Notes: generated by a model not told the origin, from the sequence alone. A stretch of 64,000 nucleotides of DNA from Octopus vulgaris (GCA_951406725.2 OX597817.1:115072001-115136000), one strand, 5' to 3'; counted from the stretch's first letter, positions 12,571 through 27,176 are shown. A program made the numbers and translations.

Positions 12571-13737
12571 ATGCGTGCTCTAAGGGACGAATGTGTTGGA
12601 GCCGCGCGAGAGACCCGGATGGCGGAGGGGCAACAGGGCAACAAAGCCACCATTCGGTCTCTGGTAGATGAACAAGGGCGCGAATTACTCGAGCCCAGCA
12701 AGATGTGTGCGGCATTTCAGCAGCATTTTACCGGACTGTTCGGGACGAGTGGCGAGGGAGAACGCAGGGTGGACTTCAGTGCCTACCTGCACAGCCTCCC
12801 ACGACTCTCGGCAAGAGAGGCAGAGTGTTGCAAGGGTGCCATCACGGCGGCGGACGTGCGGGACGCGATGGCGGATTGGTCGAGGGACAAATCGCCGGGT
12901 TTGGATGGTCTGCCCTACGAGTTTTACAGTTGTTTGCCAGACTGTTTGGAGGCGTTTTGGCAACAGTGTACTGCAACTGGCAGCAAAACGGGAGCATCCT
13001 CGGTTTTGTGAAGAAAGATCCAAACAAGGAGAACGTAATAGATAACCGTAGGCCCATCAATCTGCTCAGTGCAGATATGAAAATTTTTGCCAGGGTGTTA
13101 GCCAAGAGGTTGGCGCTTGTCATCGAGAAACTGGTCGACAAGGCGCAAACGTGCGCCGTGCCGGGCCGGAGCATTCATGACAACCTCCATCTGATGCGCT
13201 ACATCATAGACAGGGTAGTTAAGGAACCTGGCATTGGTAGGACCCTGATCAATTTGAATCAATCCAAAGCTTTCGATAGGGTAGACCATCGATACTTGGA
13301 GGCTGTCCTCATAGCGGCCGGTTTCGGTCCCGTCTTCCGCGGCTGGATAGCTGCTTTGTACAGATGCATCCGTTCGGTAATTCGCGTGAATGGGCATCAA
13401 TCGAGACCTGTCGACATTGCACGTTCGGTCCGTCAGGAATGCCCCCCGCCTCGTTGCTTCTGTACGCATTGATTCTCTAGCCACTACCGCGGAAGCTGGC
13501 GACGCTGAGGGGCATCTCGCAGTGTCTAGTCACGAGCACATCGAGCTGGTCGGCGAGACACTGAAAAACTACGAAGCGGTGACAGGAGCAAAAATCAGCC
13601 GGGAAACGTCAGTGGGCTTGCGGCTCGGCACCCGGAAAAGCAAGCCCATGCCGTCCAGCAGCGCCTCCGTAGTGGGACGCTGGACCGACGGTCTGGTCAA
13701 CTTACTCGGGATCTGGTTTGGTCGGACCTCCAAATAG
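12571..13737 (+). pseudogene. Reverse transcriptase domain (Tx1/L1 type), frameshifted and partly deleted
   Basis: ORFs 12571-13011, 12705-13472 and 13390-13737 carry successive RT motifs; the YADD region appears deleted near 13520-13530. Confidence 0.88.
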
Positions 13738-13850
13738 TAGTGGCTAGGGAATCAATGCGTACAGAAGCGACGACAGACCGAACGTGCAATGTCGACAGGT
13801 CTCGATTGATGCCCATTCACGCGAGTTACCGAACGGATGCATCTGTACAA
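13737..13850 (-). repeat. Inverted copy of RT segment 13356-13487 inside the LINE
   Basis: Reverse complement matches 13356-13487 with an ~18 bp deletion and a few substitutions. Confidence 0.9.
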
Positions 13851-14071
13851 GGGCGAATGGTACCGCGAGTGTCGCGTTGCTCTCGAGCGACTATGCCGTC
13901 CCGGGTCGAACTTGTGCGACTGCATCACAACCATAGCATTCTATAGGGGTTTAGTGAAAGTGAGGTACGACGACGATCTCGGGTCGATCCTGGGCATCGA
14001 CGAGGAATACCTGAACCTCCGGCTCAAGACGACTTTCGGGCCGGGACCTATGGACAACTTCCAGGGATCCC

Positions 14072-14136
14072 TGGCCTAGCAATGCTATGAATACATGGCC
14101 TAGCAATGCTATGAATACATGGCCTAGCAATGCTAT
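14072..14136 (+). repeat. 24 bp tandem repeat (~2.7 copies)
   Basis: tggcctagcaatgctatgaataca repeated. Confidence 0.9.
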
Positions 14137-14887
14137 CGGAAAGCATTGTCCATTCGAGATGAGGTGTACAGACACGGTTCAAGAAACACCGGATCGATCT
14201 ACCCGAGACGCGATCTACTCGGGACGAGGCTTTTCTGCACACACTCGTGCAATGTCGAAATATTTCAGACCTATGGGCTTTGTTGAACAGTTGCTGTCAT
14301 GCGTGGGACGAGTCCGGTTGTCAGCCGAGTCTATCGTAAATATTGCCCCGCCACCTTCCTTTAACCAGGAAGGCAAGGCAGTTTTCATCATACTGGTGAA
14401 AGAATGCGTATTGTGGATTCGTTTGAAAGGTTTATAGACAAATACTTTCCTCTCTTGTCAACCTCTCATCAACTTTTTCAAGTATCACTTGAAAATGAAG
14501 GTAAGAGTAGTGAGGCAAGTTTTGTCTAATGAAAGGTTTAATAAAAGGTGGGTGAATGTAGCAAAGATGGTACAAATGAATGACGGAACCACATTGAGCA
14601 TGAACCTATAAAGCAAAAAGAGAGAGGGCACATTGCTCTCATATTGTTTTCCCTTTTTCCGAGGTTACTGTGGTTTTTTTTCGTAGGTTTTGCTTTCCAC
14701 GGATAACCCTTGTCAGTATTATATTTACTACCCCTTTTGGGAACTCTAATTGTTAAAAACGACACTTTGTTATCTCCTTGTGTACACGTCCCAAAATGTT
14801 TTCGATCCTTTTTGATCGTTTTCGAAAAGAAATAATTCTACACTGTATTGTCCCCTCGGTATTCGGCCCTGCGCGGCTAATAGAGAA

Positions 14888-14979
<92 letters not shown>
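14888..14979. repeat. (TATC)n tract, right flank of Tx1-like LINE
   Basis: Read directly. Confidence 0.95.
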
Positions 14980-14980
<1 letters not shown>

Positions 14981-15224
14981 ACAGCCATACTATAGGAATG
15001 AGAAGTTAGCTAACAACAACCTTTCACCGCAGATCTCTCGAAGAAGGGGTTCTAACCCTGAGATATTGGACTATCAGGTGACAGTACTATTCATCGACAT
15101 GTATCATTATTTTTCTTTTTACAACTTTCATTGCTTTGGTTTAAAAAATAATTAAACACACACTCATATGTATTTATACATGCATATTTATTTTTGTATG
15201 TCTGTACACACATATCTTTATGTG

Positions 15225-15268
<44 letters not shown>

Positions 15269-15756
15269 GATGCATGTTTGTATATGGTGTTCAAATAATA
15301 GACATATTTTATTATTTGTCCAAACTTTAACCGTATTCTTAACGATCTTAACTAGATCTTAACGAACTATTTAAGCCAGCATAATTTCTCCATTTTCTCT
15401 GTCAAAGTACACGGAAGATGGTAGAGTGTGACACGAGAGTGGTATTGCTGCTCTATCTAGTTTCTCGCGCAACCAGTTCAGTTTAGGATCTTACCGATCG
15501 ATCAAATGGAAAAAGGTAAGAAATAGATATCAGGTAAAGAAAACTGTTGCTACTAAAATTACCTCTTAGTGATAGTAAAATTTCAAGTTCTGAGAATCAA
15601 CGTTATTTTAAGAACAACACACTTTCAGTCGTTACATGAAGGTATTTTTTCTTTGACGTCACCAATATTTTTCCAAAGTGAAACGAAAAAGGAAATTATG
15701 AAATATATTCCTACAGAACAGCCAATGGTAAGAAGCAAAAGCAACAATGCATAGCC

Positions 15757-15915
15757 GCAGGAGTGGCTGTGTGGCAAGAAGCTTGCTTCCTAACCACATG
15801 GTTCCGGGTTCAATCCTACTGTGTGGCACCTTCGGCAAGTGTCTTCTTCTATAGCCTCGAGCTGATAAAAACCTTGTGAGTGGATTTGGTAGATGGAAAC
15901 TGAAAGAAGCTCGTC

Positions 15916-15950
<35 letters not shown>

Positions 15951-16172
15951 CATGTATATATATGTATGTATATATGTAATTGTGTGTCTAGGTTTGTCCC
16001 CCCCCCAATCAATTTGTTGGTATGTTCACGTCCCCGTAAATTACCGGTTCGGCAAAAGAGACCGATAGAATAAGTACTAGGCTCAGAAAGAATAAGCCCT
16101 GGGGTCGATTTTTTTCGACTAAAGGGGGTGCTCCAGTATGGTCGCAGTCAAATGACTGAAACAAGTAAAAGA
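15757..16172 (+). mobile_element. SINE family A, near full length with internal (TA)n
   Basis: gcaggagtggctgtgtggcaag (A box), gggttcaatcc (B box), body ...gatggaaactgaaagaagc, tail ...ggtcgcagtcaaatgactgaaacaagtaaaaga. Confidence 0.9.
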
Positions 16173-18162
16173 GTAAAAAAAAAGATTAATGGAAAACAAA
16201 TATCTAAACTATTTCAATTGGCTTCTTTCATTCTCGTTTCGTCCACAACAATGTATTTAGAAAGTAGTTCTAACTCAATGACGGTGAAACACATGTCAGC
16301 TGTGAATGTTTTTAGTGACACGCAAAGGACTATAGAAAAATCTCTCTACAAAGTTATATCATAGAAAAAGGCCATCAGCAGAATTACCTAAACTAAAATA
16401 CATGTATACATATTACGCTGTAGTGACAGGACGATTGCTGAAGAGAGAATAACTTCGACACCCCAGGTGAAACATAATTTGACTCTCATTACCCATTTTG
16501 TATTAATAGTGTAGTATTTCAAACGTTTTCTTTATACTTCATTCTGTAAAACTCCCCAGTCTTTGTGATTGGTACTTGTAACATACTTTCATCTACTACC
16601 CTTTGGCATGAACAAGAAAGAATTATTATCAGTACATTTTTCAGCTTCCTTTCTTTACTTGTTCCTATTTTATCCTTATCTTTAGTGCTGAATAAGACTT
16701 AAGCTATGATTACAACTATCTCATCCATTTCAAATATAAAGACTAATTGGAAATGTCAACTGTACGACTGCAAGAGACAGCTTATTATCAAAAATCCCCT
16801 GTAGTAAAAAGAAGAGCAAAATTGTTATTTTTTTTTATAAATAGAAAGTAGCTTGAAGTTATGATACGAAAAGAGACAATTTCCTCTTCAATGGATGAGA
16901 AAGAAACAGGAAACAAACAGTTAGTTTGATAAACGATATTTTCATATATTTACATTCTACGCCATGTGAATAATTGGATATTTCCTTGTATGTATGTGCT
17001 CAGCATTGGTCTTCCACTTGACAAAAGGTTATTTCATGAACAAGACTTTCTGTATCAAAAAATACAAAAACATATAACGATCGCCCGAATAAGTTGCGGT
17101 AGGCATAGTCTGTTATAATTTTAATACTATAACATTGTGGATATAATACAAACTGCAATAATACGAGAAAGACTACAGCACATTTTGTGCTTTATATTTA
17201 AAAAAATGGTCTCTTATTGTTTAGTGAAAGAAAGAAGAGCAACACCTACGACTTTAAACAGTTTTTCTGAGATTGGTTGAATAAACAAGGTATAAATTAT
17301 GGCTTTGGGTCGCTGTAGTAGGATGCTGCTCATAATGATTTAGTTATCTATTTTCAGACTGGAGACCTGGTTCAAATACTTGCAAGAAAATAACGAACTC
17401 TGCCAGAGTTACCCAAAGCTTAGCAACTAATGAAGTCTAGTACCTAAATACATCTGTAATATAGTGAACAAAAGTTGAGGTTCTGGAGACCAAACTTAGC
17501 AATGCGATTCGTTTCTTGATTTTAGTTACGTTATGAAGTCCTACAATTGTCTATGTATCTTCATATATTCCTATTGTAATAGTGTAGTATAAAAAGTTAT
17601 GTATATTTTTTGTCAAGTCTCTTGCCAATTGGTATTAAGTAAAGTAAACTTAGAAACAGTTTCTGAAAAGTAATTAAACATTAGTCTATCTAAAAGGGAG
17701 GAGCCAGAGTACGAATAAAGTTCTATACGTGAACAAGGTTGTTTTTGAATAGGTCTTGTAATATTCTTCCAATATCCTAAAATACCTTATACATGGTGCA
17801 AATCTTATTTCGTCATGTGATCAGGAGCTGATTGTCAAGTTACCTATACATATTTGCATTGCTTCTACCAACTTCAAATATAATTCGGAAAAAACTAACA
17901 TTTGTTTTGATTCATATATACTGTCATGAACTTCATTCTTCAACCGGAAATTGACTTAACTGCTTATAATTTGTTTAATTGTTGTTTGAAAATACGCTCT
18001 TTAGTGCGACTACATCCGCCATATTCTCGGGTTTATTTTGCATACCTTCATTGTTTTCTCGATAGGAAGAGATTACCAGTTCCTAGCTCAATCTTTCACT
18101 AGCTGATACTATTCACTATTTACTTATGCTCTCTGAAGATGATTGTGTGTGTGTGTATGTGA

Positions 18163-18231
<69 letters not shown>

Positions 18232-18428
18232 GGAAAGAAATTTATAGTAGTATCTGACTGGCACTTTATTCATTAAGCTTGGGAAAGTGAAATTTACAGT
18301 GTTCTTGAAAGCGCAAAAAAGTAGAAATGTTTCCACAAGTCGTTTGCCCTATGCTTAGTGGTTCTGTATTTTGATCGCCTTACCGTTTTACCATTTACGA
18401 TGCTCACAGTTATCCTATATGTGAATGA

Positions 18429-18492
<64 letters not shown>

Positions 18493-21006
18493 ATACATGA
18501 ATGAATGCATGTATGTACGTGCGTAGGTTCATATATATATATGTACACACACATAAAGAGAGAGGAGAAAAAGTGTGTTTGTGTGAGAGAGAAGGGTGAG
18601 TTAAACAATTGTGCGGTCTTTCTGTGAGTTGGTAAATAATTCGAAATGAATCAAGTTAATAGCCGTCCATTTAAAAAAAATCCAAAAAATGTTAGAAATT
18701 TCAATACTATTTGTAAATGATCAGTTTTTACATTGAAAAATTTATTGTTTAGTAGCGGATGTGAAATTTGTTTAGCCATTAATTTTATCCTCTGTCTGAA
18801 TAGAGACAATCCACTTCAATATAAAAGTTATTAAAATTTCTCTGGACAACTAATTAACTTAATGAATTTTATACAGTTTAAACAAATTAGCAGAGTAGTT
18901 AGAAGCTCGGGCAGAGTTACTCATAGTATTTCTCTGGCTTCCTAATTCGCAAGTTCAAATACTGTTTAGGTCATCGTTACATTTTACACTTTCGTAGTCG
19001 ATAAAATAAGTAATCAATTATGTCTGGTGGAACTGTAAATTCACACAACAAGATGGTTCGTGGTATTTGTTTCGGCTCTTGGCGTTCTGATTTCAAATCC
19101 TACTTTGGCTTATTTGATTGACAGGCTTAATCTATCGTCCGTTTTAGCATTTTCATCTGGCCGCTTAGTAATTTTGGTACAAGTATTTAATAATATAATT
19201 CGATACAAAAGAATATAAAATAATAAGTGTTCTTATTCCATGTGACATCTCCCATGTTCCTGCTCAACTACACTATATCTGTTTTCACAGACCATCTACA
19301 AAACATTTTACATAATATATATTTTCCAAGATTTACCTATATTAGAAATTTCGTTCCTAATCATGCTTTCCTTTAACAAGGCTAAATCTCTGACAAGATA
19401 TTCCTTTCTATTAGTTTCAGCATCCTAAGGTGGTGGATAAAGGTAAGTAGTCAGTGATGACTTTGATTATTGATGAGATAATATCATGGTCATTATTTCC
19501 GTTTTCATAAAAATAAAGCTCTTATTCAAAATAAATATGACCCATTTCGATTCCATAAAGTAATAAACAAGTTTCGTTTATTTATGTAGTTATTTTCCTT
19601 GGAAAACTTAGGCTCATATCATACGTTATTTACTCTGAAATATGGGAATTTGTATATATTTAAAAGGAATACAACATTATTTGCTATTTAGTAAACATCA
19701 TATTACTATATTTACTATGATGTAAACATCATAGTAAAATGAATTATGAAAACGAATTAAGAGCCAACAGGTATCGGAACAGAGAAACATGTCATTGACC
19801 ACCGTAAGTTGTTTATTTTATTTGTGCTCTTCGTAAGGCATCAATACATTTTAATAGAGCTACAGAAAATCACATCGTAAAAATCACCAGCTAGTAAAAG
19901 ATGTATGCAATCCACCAAATTAACCTCCACAGTTTTGCCATTAAAAAATGACATACCTGGTTTCCTTATACAACAATGTTAGTATTCTAGTACAGTCTTT
20001 GATCGATTCATGTCTAATAATTTCCACAACATATTTAAACTTTACTCAGTACCAGTTAGCAAGTATTATGTTTAAAACATTCATATCGTTTTATAATTGA
20101 ATATTATAAAGGCAGTCTATAAATATACAGAGACAATAGCAGGAACTCGAAATGAAATTAAAATTTGTCTTTCTTTACTAATTCAGAATGTTATATTCTA
20201 AACCCAACCTATCAAATCTTACTTCAACCAGCCTTTAAGTGGCAAAATAACTCTAGCATTGTAAATTGTACCGTTGTAGCCGCACCATCTGTGCACCACT
20301 TCCACCCTATTCTAAAACTATTACTAAAACTTTCACGATATCCTCAGAGAAAGTAATATTTGATAGTATGTATTAATATAAAAAGGAAGTTAAATAGATT
20401 TCCCGAAGTAACATCTGTAAAGAAAATAGCCAATCGATAATACTACTTGATATTTTAAAATCATTATCAAATTTAACTTTCATATAACTAACTCTCCCAA
20501 AATATTTCTCATAACATTCCTGTTAGATTTACATCAATGAGTCAAAACCAAACGTGTAGGTGTGGAAGACCGTTTAAAAATGCCGTTTTGAATGTCTTAT
20601 ACAGTTATGCCGACTTCTCCAGCCTACGACAGTAATTAGTTTACTTCTTTTGTCATAAATAAATAAGGCATTTTACTTAATAACTTAATGTTATTCAGAA
20701 CGGATTATTGAATATATCTTGTACCGAGTGGATTTTCGCTTTTACAATAGTGGTTGATATTGATACCAACAATACCAATATCAATACCAACGCAAGAAGT
20801 GTACACATACATTGATGCATACACGCAGACATACGAGCATACATACGTGCATACTCACTCTCTCACACACACAAACACACACTCTTACACACGCATACGC
20901 ACGCACACACTCACACATACATACACATACGGGTTGCGTTTTATAGCTATGAGTATGTATTGTAAATATTTCTGGACATGAATGAAACATTAGCAAACTT
21001 CAACTA

Positions 21007-21901
21007 TTGGGCCATGAACTAAATGTCAGAGGGGAACGGGATAAACTACCTGCATCAACTTGCTATAAAAGCTGGTAGTAATTTTACCTTGTCTTTACTC
21101 TTAGTGCAACTTTTGAAGAGGGCAGTTCGATTTTAGCAGCTATTTTTTTCAAAACTATAATGGAAGTGATAAAGGAGCATAGTCGGCATATTTTGCTTTA
21201 TGAGTTCAATAAAGGTAACAGCGCAACGGAAAGTGCGAGGAATATTAATGTAGTATATAGGGATCGGACAATAAGCCTAAGCCAGTGTCAACGGTGGTTC
21301 CAGAAATTCCGAGCCGGAAACTACAGCCTAGAAGACAAGCCTCGTCCTGGAAGATTTGTAGAGCTCGATGAGGACGTCCTGCAAACCTTGGTGGAACAAA
21401 ATCCCATTGTAACTGTTGAGGAACTAGCAGAGAAGCTTGAATTTGGTAATTAAACCAGTCATGCAAGTCAGCGCTAGAAGAAAAACGACCATTCTTGGTT
21501 TCAAGACGAAAGATGTTCTTCCATTTGGATAATACTTGGCCGCATACAGTGAAGATGACATTCCAAAGGCTAGAGCAGTTTGAATGGGAAATGATGCTCC
21601 AGCCACCATATTCGCCGGACATTGCCCCATCTGATTATCATTTATTCTGCAGTCTTCAAAATCATTTGGACGGAAAAAATAAGAATTCTGTAGACGGGCT
21701 TAGAACAGTACTGTAGGAGTATTTTTCGTCACGGACAAGTGAAGTTTGGAAGAGGGGCCTTGCAAGTCTACCAGATAGTATGGAAGAGCATTGTAGAAAA
21801 TGAAGAAGAGTATATTTTAGATTAAAAAAGAACTGTTTTTATCTTAATATTGAAAAATAAAAGAAGCATAAATAACCCGTATTATTTATGGGATGACCCA
21901 A
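21007..21901 (+). mobile_element. Mariner remnant with internally deleted transposase pseudogene (21160-21825)
   Basis: RHILLYEFNKGNSATESARNI..QRWFQKFRAGNYSLEDKPRPGR (HTH); FHLDNTWPHT; QPPYSPDIAPSDYHLFCSLQN (DD34D region); right TIR ttatttatgggatgacccaa; left TIR only partial (TA-ttgggccat). Confidence 0.92.
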
Positions 21902-22134
21902 TGCAATGGAAAGGGATTTACTTACTGCTGTAATGAGATCTGTAGGTCAGATGTGAAGTTCCCGGTAAAGTTATGTTGCAATCTTTGTTCCATTCTTAAT
22001 CGTTGATATTTTGCCTATGCTGCTAAAGCTATAGAAATTACTGGAACAGGCGTGAATATCACAACTTCCATTATTTATAGCTGTCTATTGTTCTGACAAC
22101 AAATTTGTTGTTGTTTTGTCCTGGTAGGGAAAAC

Positions 22135-22350
22135 GCATGACTTAATCTTTGGGGTGTTGCTTGCATGATCAGGGTTTCGATTACAAGACCTGGCGGCGCA
22201 TTGTGATGTTGAGCAAAACACTTCATTTCACGTTGCTGCTGTTCACTCAACTGTAAGTGGGAAACTCTGAGATGGACCAACCAGGGACTATGTTGTCGTC
22301 TCGATCACTTATACGCCATGGAAACCGGGCAACCAGCCATATGAATTCTA
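22135..22350 (+). mobile_element. SINE family C (diverged)
   Basis: gggtttcgatt B box; ttgagcaaaacacttcatttcacgttgct body shared with 1821 and 43250. Confidence 0.6.
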
Positions 22351-23356
22351 AGACACAAGACAGTAACGTTATTCCTAGATTGGTCTAAGTCACAAATATT
22401 CCATACGCTACTACACCACCAATTTTCAAACAGTGTTACTTATAATCGCGTACATAATTTAATCTAGAATAATTAAGACGGTAAATAAAATTTGAGAGAA
22501 ATTTAGCTGGCATTTCTAGCAGGCATTTTTGTTGGCTTATTTGCTTGCTGATAGATCAATTAATTCTATTTGTCGCACGAGTTAAGTGGGATAAATAAAT
22601 ATTCTTGAATTGTATTTTACTCATAACTTATTCTGATAAAATATTCATTGAAGACTTGAAAAAAAGAAAAGAAATTTAAAATTGATGTAATTGAATTACT
22701 TTCGATTTTTTTTGTTTACAGTTTAAATTGATTATATTTTGCTTCTTCCGTTATAAGTGGAAAATATGTTGATGGTTTGAAGCTCTTTAGAATATTTAAG
22801 TTATTAAGTGATTTAGTGACATTAATCTCTAGTCCTTTACAAATTTTATTTTTGAGAATAATTGCGACAGGGTGAACCGATATATGTATACTTTTGAAAA
22901 TCTCAACAATTAATTTGTATTTCGGTTGCATTTAAAGATACAATGAATATGCACAGGGTTCTAGCATAATATATCTGCGTTTTCGTAATCACACAAAATG
23001 CTATACGAAGTGACTTGGAGTACTTTTATTCCTGTTCTTCGTATTCTAAGTTCAAATCACATTGAAGTCAACTTGCCTGTCTTCCTTCCACGGTTAATGA
23101 AGTACCAGTCTAAGGTGGCGGATTAGCGGATTTGTTTGAATCACTATATGCTTCTAATCTCCATTGTAGTATGAGGATCAATGAAAGAGATCAGAGTTAC
23201 GTGAGGGAGAAGGACCACTAAGTCACACACCTTCATAGACACACACGCGCGCGCGGAAACACACATACACAAACATATATGCATACATACATTCAACAAT
23301 ATATATATATATGTATGTATGTATATATGCGTATATATGACAATATGTGTATATTT

Positions 23357-23512
23357 GCAGGAGTGGCTGTGTGGTAAGTAGCTTCCTTACAAACCACATG
23401 GTTCCGGGTTCAATCCCACTGCGTGGCACTTTGGGCAGGTTTCTTCTACTATAGTCTTGAGCCGACCAGAGCCTTGTGAGTGGATTTGGTAGACGGAAAC
23501 TGAAAGAAGCCC

Positions 23513-23576
<64 letters not shown>

Positions 23577-23674
23577 GCGTGTGTGTGTGTGTGTGTGTGT
23601 ATGTGTGTGTATGTTTGTGTGTCTGTGTTTGACAACATCGCTTGACAACCGATGCTGGTGTGTTTAAGTTCCCG
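23357..23674 (+). mobile_element. SINE family A with internal (CT)n(TA)n(GT)n
   Basis: High identity to the 15757 copy. Confidence 0.9.
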
Positions 23675-25559
23675 TGTGTGTGTTCCTATGTGTATCTGTG
23701 TGTGCGTGAATGATTGTGGGTTTGTTTGTTATTCACACAAACAGGAAATCAATGTACAGTTAAACGTTTGAAAATTTCATGAATGTGTCATACAACGACT
23801 TACAAAACTTTTAATCAAATTATAGATAGAATAGATACTATGCTAAGTCTGAGGAAAATTGGATCAAATGACCATATTATAATGTATCAGTTAACCTGAA
23901 GACGTTCAAGGGATACAATATATCAAAGAATAGTAAGGCTTTTATATAAGTTATGTTGAAATTGGTTTGCATCTAAGTACATTTAGTCACTGTGATACAT
24001 AAATACAGCTAATATGAAGAGACATTTGAAAATAAAACCAAGCCACTCATTCATATATATATATATATATATAAAACGTGATAAATCATGTGTCTAAAAG
24101 AGCGAAATTGGTTTGAGACTAATTTCCATACATACAAACGTTTATATTTATTTCGCACCACATTTTAAGTACCTCGTTTGACTGTCGTCGTCTTAGATTT
24201 TTATTATGTTCAATTAATTTGTATTTATTTATTCATATTGATTTTCCGTGGCTATGCTGCAATCAACAAGTCACGAATCTCGAAAGAGTTCATCTAGAAA
24301 GTGCAACAAAACCAGTTTTCACATTGGTTTGAAGTACATTTGAATATGTTCTCAAATACTTAACGCTATGTTACTGCATTTAAGTACTCGTGGAAATCCT
24401 ATGCCTAATGTTGTGAATGGAAGGAAAAAAGTACCAAAGAACTTGATGCCGCATTGGAGACCGAAGACATTGGGAACTAGTCATCGTTTTCTGACACTCC
24501 AATTTCATTTCGTATGAAATCAATTATAGCAAATCATTGGAATTTCTAGTAATTTGAACCATCAAACAAGAGCCATCGAAAGATATACTGACATAGCTTT
24601 CCTCGTTTTTTTTTTTACCATTTAAATTATCTCCATCAGTTCGATTGCTTAACTGGTTTATTATAAATATATATGGCTGGTGACTGAACAGAATCGTTTG
24701 AGAGACAGATAGAAAAGTCTGTATTGTATCTCCTTGATTTGACCCCACAAATAAATTGAGAAAAACACGTTTCATTCAACTTTTGGTAGTTTATTTAGTA
24801 GATATTCCTTACCTACGAATAGATATTCCTTACTTACAAATTTCAGACCTTGTGCTAATGAGTGAAATCATAAAAGATAAAGACAATAAAGCAAACCAAT
24901 GAGGCATATAGGATTTACATATAATTTACAACGTGAAGTTACTATGAGCTTCGATTTATTTTATTGGTTTTCACATAATTGTTTTTTCAGTATAACCTCA
25001 TTAATTTGCATTTAAACTATTTACGAAGAGGAGTAATAAAATTAAATAAAGTAGGTGACAAAATTGTCTCATGTCGTCGATATTTATAATAGTGACTTGT
25101 GCATAACTATTGTAATGAGATGTGTATTGAATAAGCATGCGAAAACAACCTACAGTAGTCGGACAAAGCTATACACTATCACCAAGTAAAAAGACCACCG
25201 TCTCATGACCTGCAGAATAGAAAATAATGCTCTCATACCTTGCACAATGTATGTACACACTTTCTTTCGCAACAGCAAAAATTTCGAATGTGCTTGAATT
25301 CATTTACCTCCAACCTAAATTTCATACTTCTTGTCTCCATGTATCTCTCATCTCTGATGAGTTCTCATGACATATATATAGTATTGCCAATTGTTATATA
25401 TGTGACGTCCGAAAAACTAGAAGTTACTTTGGATCTGGTAAGTACAAAATTTGCATAGTTCAAATAAGACTCATGCTGTAGTAGTGATGACAGGTCTGAA
25501 ATGGTAAAACACATACAAACATCCAAGGCCAAATCTCCCGAAAGACCGTATGTAAGTAT

Positions 25560-25900
25560 GTAAGACTAAAGAAGGCTAATTCTTCTATACCTTAAAATCA
25601 CGAAATTTTTATAGATGCCAGTTTTTGACCTTCATGCATCTCACATCGCTTATATCAAATCAACCTATAAAATCGTTTTCATCGCAGCATGTACTGACAG
25701 GACTTTTGAAAACACGTACGTTGTCAACTTAGTTATATTCCAAGGTTCAGTTTTGTTGGTTGAAAACTCCCTTCTGTACATTGATCTACACTCTGCAGCT
25801 TGTAACAGCGCGTACATCTATGCAGACGATAACAAACTGTACTCTATATGAACCGCCTGCATGTATGCACCACCCATGGACAAGCTAGAAACGAATCTTG
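25560..25900 (+). pseudogene. Highly decayed LINE RT fragment (CR1/L2-like)
   Basis: ORF 25615-25851 contains VN-VIFQGSVL...LLYIDL...YIYADDNKLYS (PQGSVL and YADD motifs). Confidence 0.6.
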
Positions 25901-27176
25901 ATTCATACAACTGCAAAGAAAAGGTGTCCTAAAAATACCCTCTTGATATCCACCAAGATCCTAAACATACACCACTATAGAAGTAAAAGGCTTATTTGTT
26001 TCTATACATCAGCAACACTCCATGATTTAAAGGTCTATACAAAATGATGGTAGTAGTAGTCGTTTACGATAGAGGTCAAGATATATTAGATGATTGAAGA
26101 ACTAGTAATGACATAAAAATAAAAGCAGTACAGGTTGCAAGAAATAATGTGGTCGGTCATTAGGTTGAGACTAAGAGGATAAGTACAGAGATAGGCGTAG
26201 GCGTGGCTATGTGGTAATGCACATATGTCTTGTTTTTCGTGCGGAGTCTCCTAATCATAAATAACAACGTTGATGGCAAAGCATGTAAAACCTTTAAGGT
26301 GCGTGTTGCTTTCTTATGTTAAGGATTCATTTATATTAGAATATTCATATCGGAGTCGTGCCTTCGCTGCTGGTTTTCAGAGAGTTTATGCATAATTATG
26401 GTTTATATAGCTATTTTTATCCACACTAAACTATATGATGTCGTGCTGACAATTGCATCCATTGCAATACCACCAAGACATGAGATTGCTACATGTATCT
26501 CAATAACATGCAAAGAACGCCTTAAAACTGTAGTCTGTTTAGTTTAAATATCTATAGGTTGACATTTACAGAGTAGAGAGTGAACGGAAACGGAATTTTA
26601 AATAATCGACGCTCTAAAGAAGAAATGATAGGTAACTGACTAGTGAATTGCCTTGGGTCACGCTTAATAAGTATGACAAGAAACGAGAGGGATATCAGTT
26701 GAACGGGCTTTAGCGGAGGTAGTATGCATCTAAGAGAGAATCAGAGTACATCGTAGTTGCAATGTAATCGATACTAGAATTCGCAGTCTTTTGATGGTTT
26801 GAGTTTTTTCCCATTGCTTGTTTAAAAATTTTACACAGGTCTTTCATTAACGTCCATGCTTGTTTCTAGAGATTTAGTCAGCCCTTGTTTCACACGTTCC
26901 GAGTAATATAAAATTTTCCTTTCACAGTCATAAGTTACTCTGGTAATTGAGAAAGAAATTGAGAATTTGCATCATATATGATGCACGGACGCCAGGGAAT
27001 TGTCCTGTGTATCGCATGTGATACACTGAACAGGCAAGTGCTTAATCAATTAGTCAGATGACCTGCTGACTTTGCTTTGGTTGCAATGTAGGCGCTTGTG
27101 AGTGAAACAGTAACATACTTCAATATATAGGAACGATAATTTATTGTGTAATTCTTTTTCAGCTTAGTAAAGCACA

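Larger units (their letters stand above)
10743..14887 (+). mobile_element. 5'-truncated, decayed L1/Tx1-clade non-LTR retrotransposon (ORF1 tail, APE endonuclease, RT, 3' UTR)
   Basis: MIKIGCV start ~11651; DPEGKLVVLDV..SVYAP..LLLVG (APE); SYTDHKLV; KSPGLDGLPYEFY; RPINLLSADMKIFARVLAKRL; GRSIHDNLHLMR; NQSKAFDRVDH; SVRQ-CP; many frameshifts; GC-rich; (TATC)n on both sides. Confidence 0.92.

Noticed and set aside
15757-15830. SINE heads as tRNA genes
   Set aside because: A/B boxes present but they run into multi-copy SINE bodies and lack a proper acceptor stem
17348-17430. ttttcag followed by a short open frame (LETWFKYLQENNELCQSYPK) as an exon
   Set aside because: Short, no recognisable homology, no partner exons; chance level
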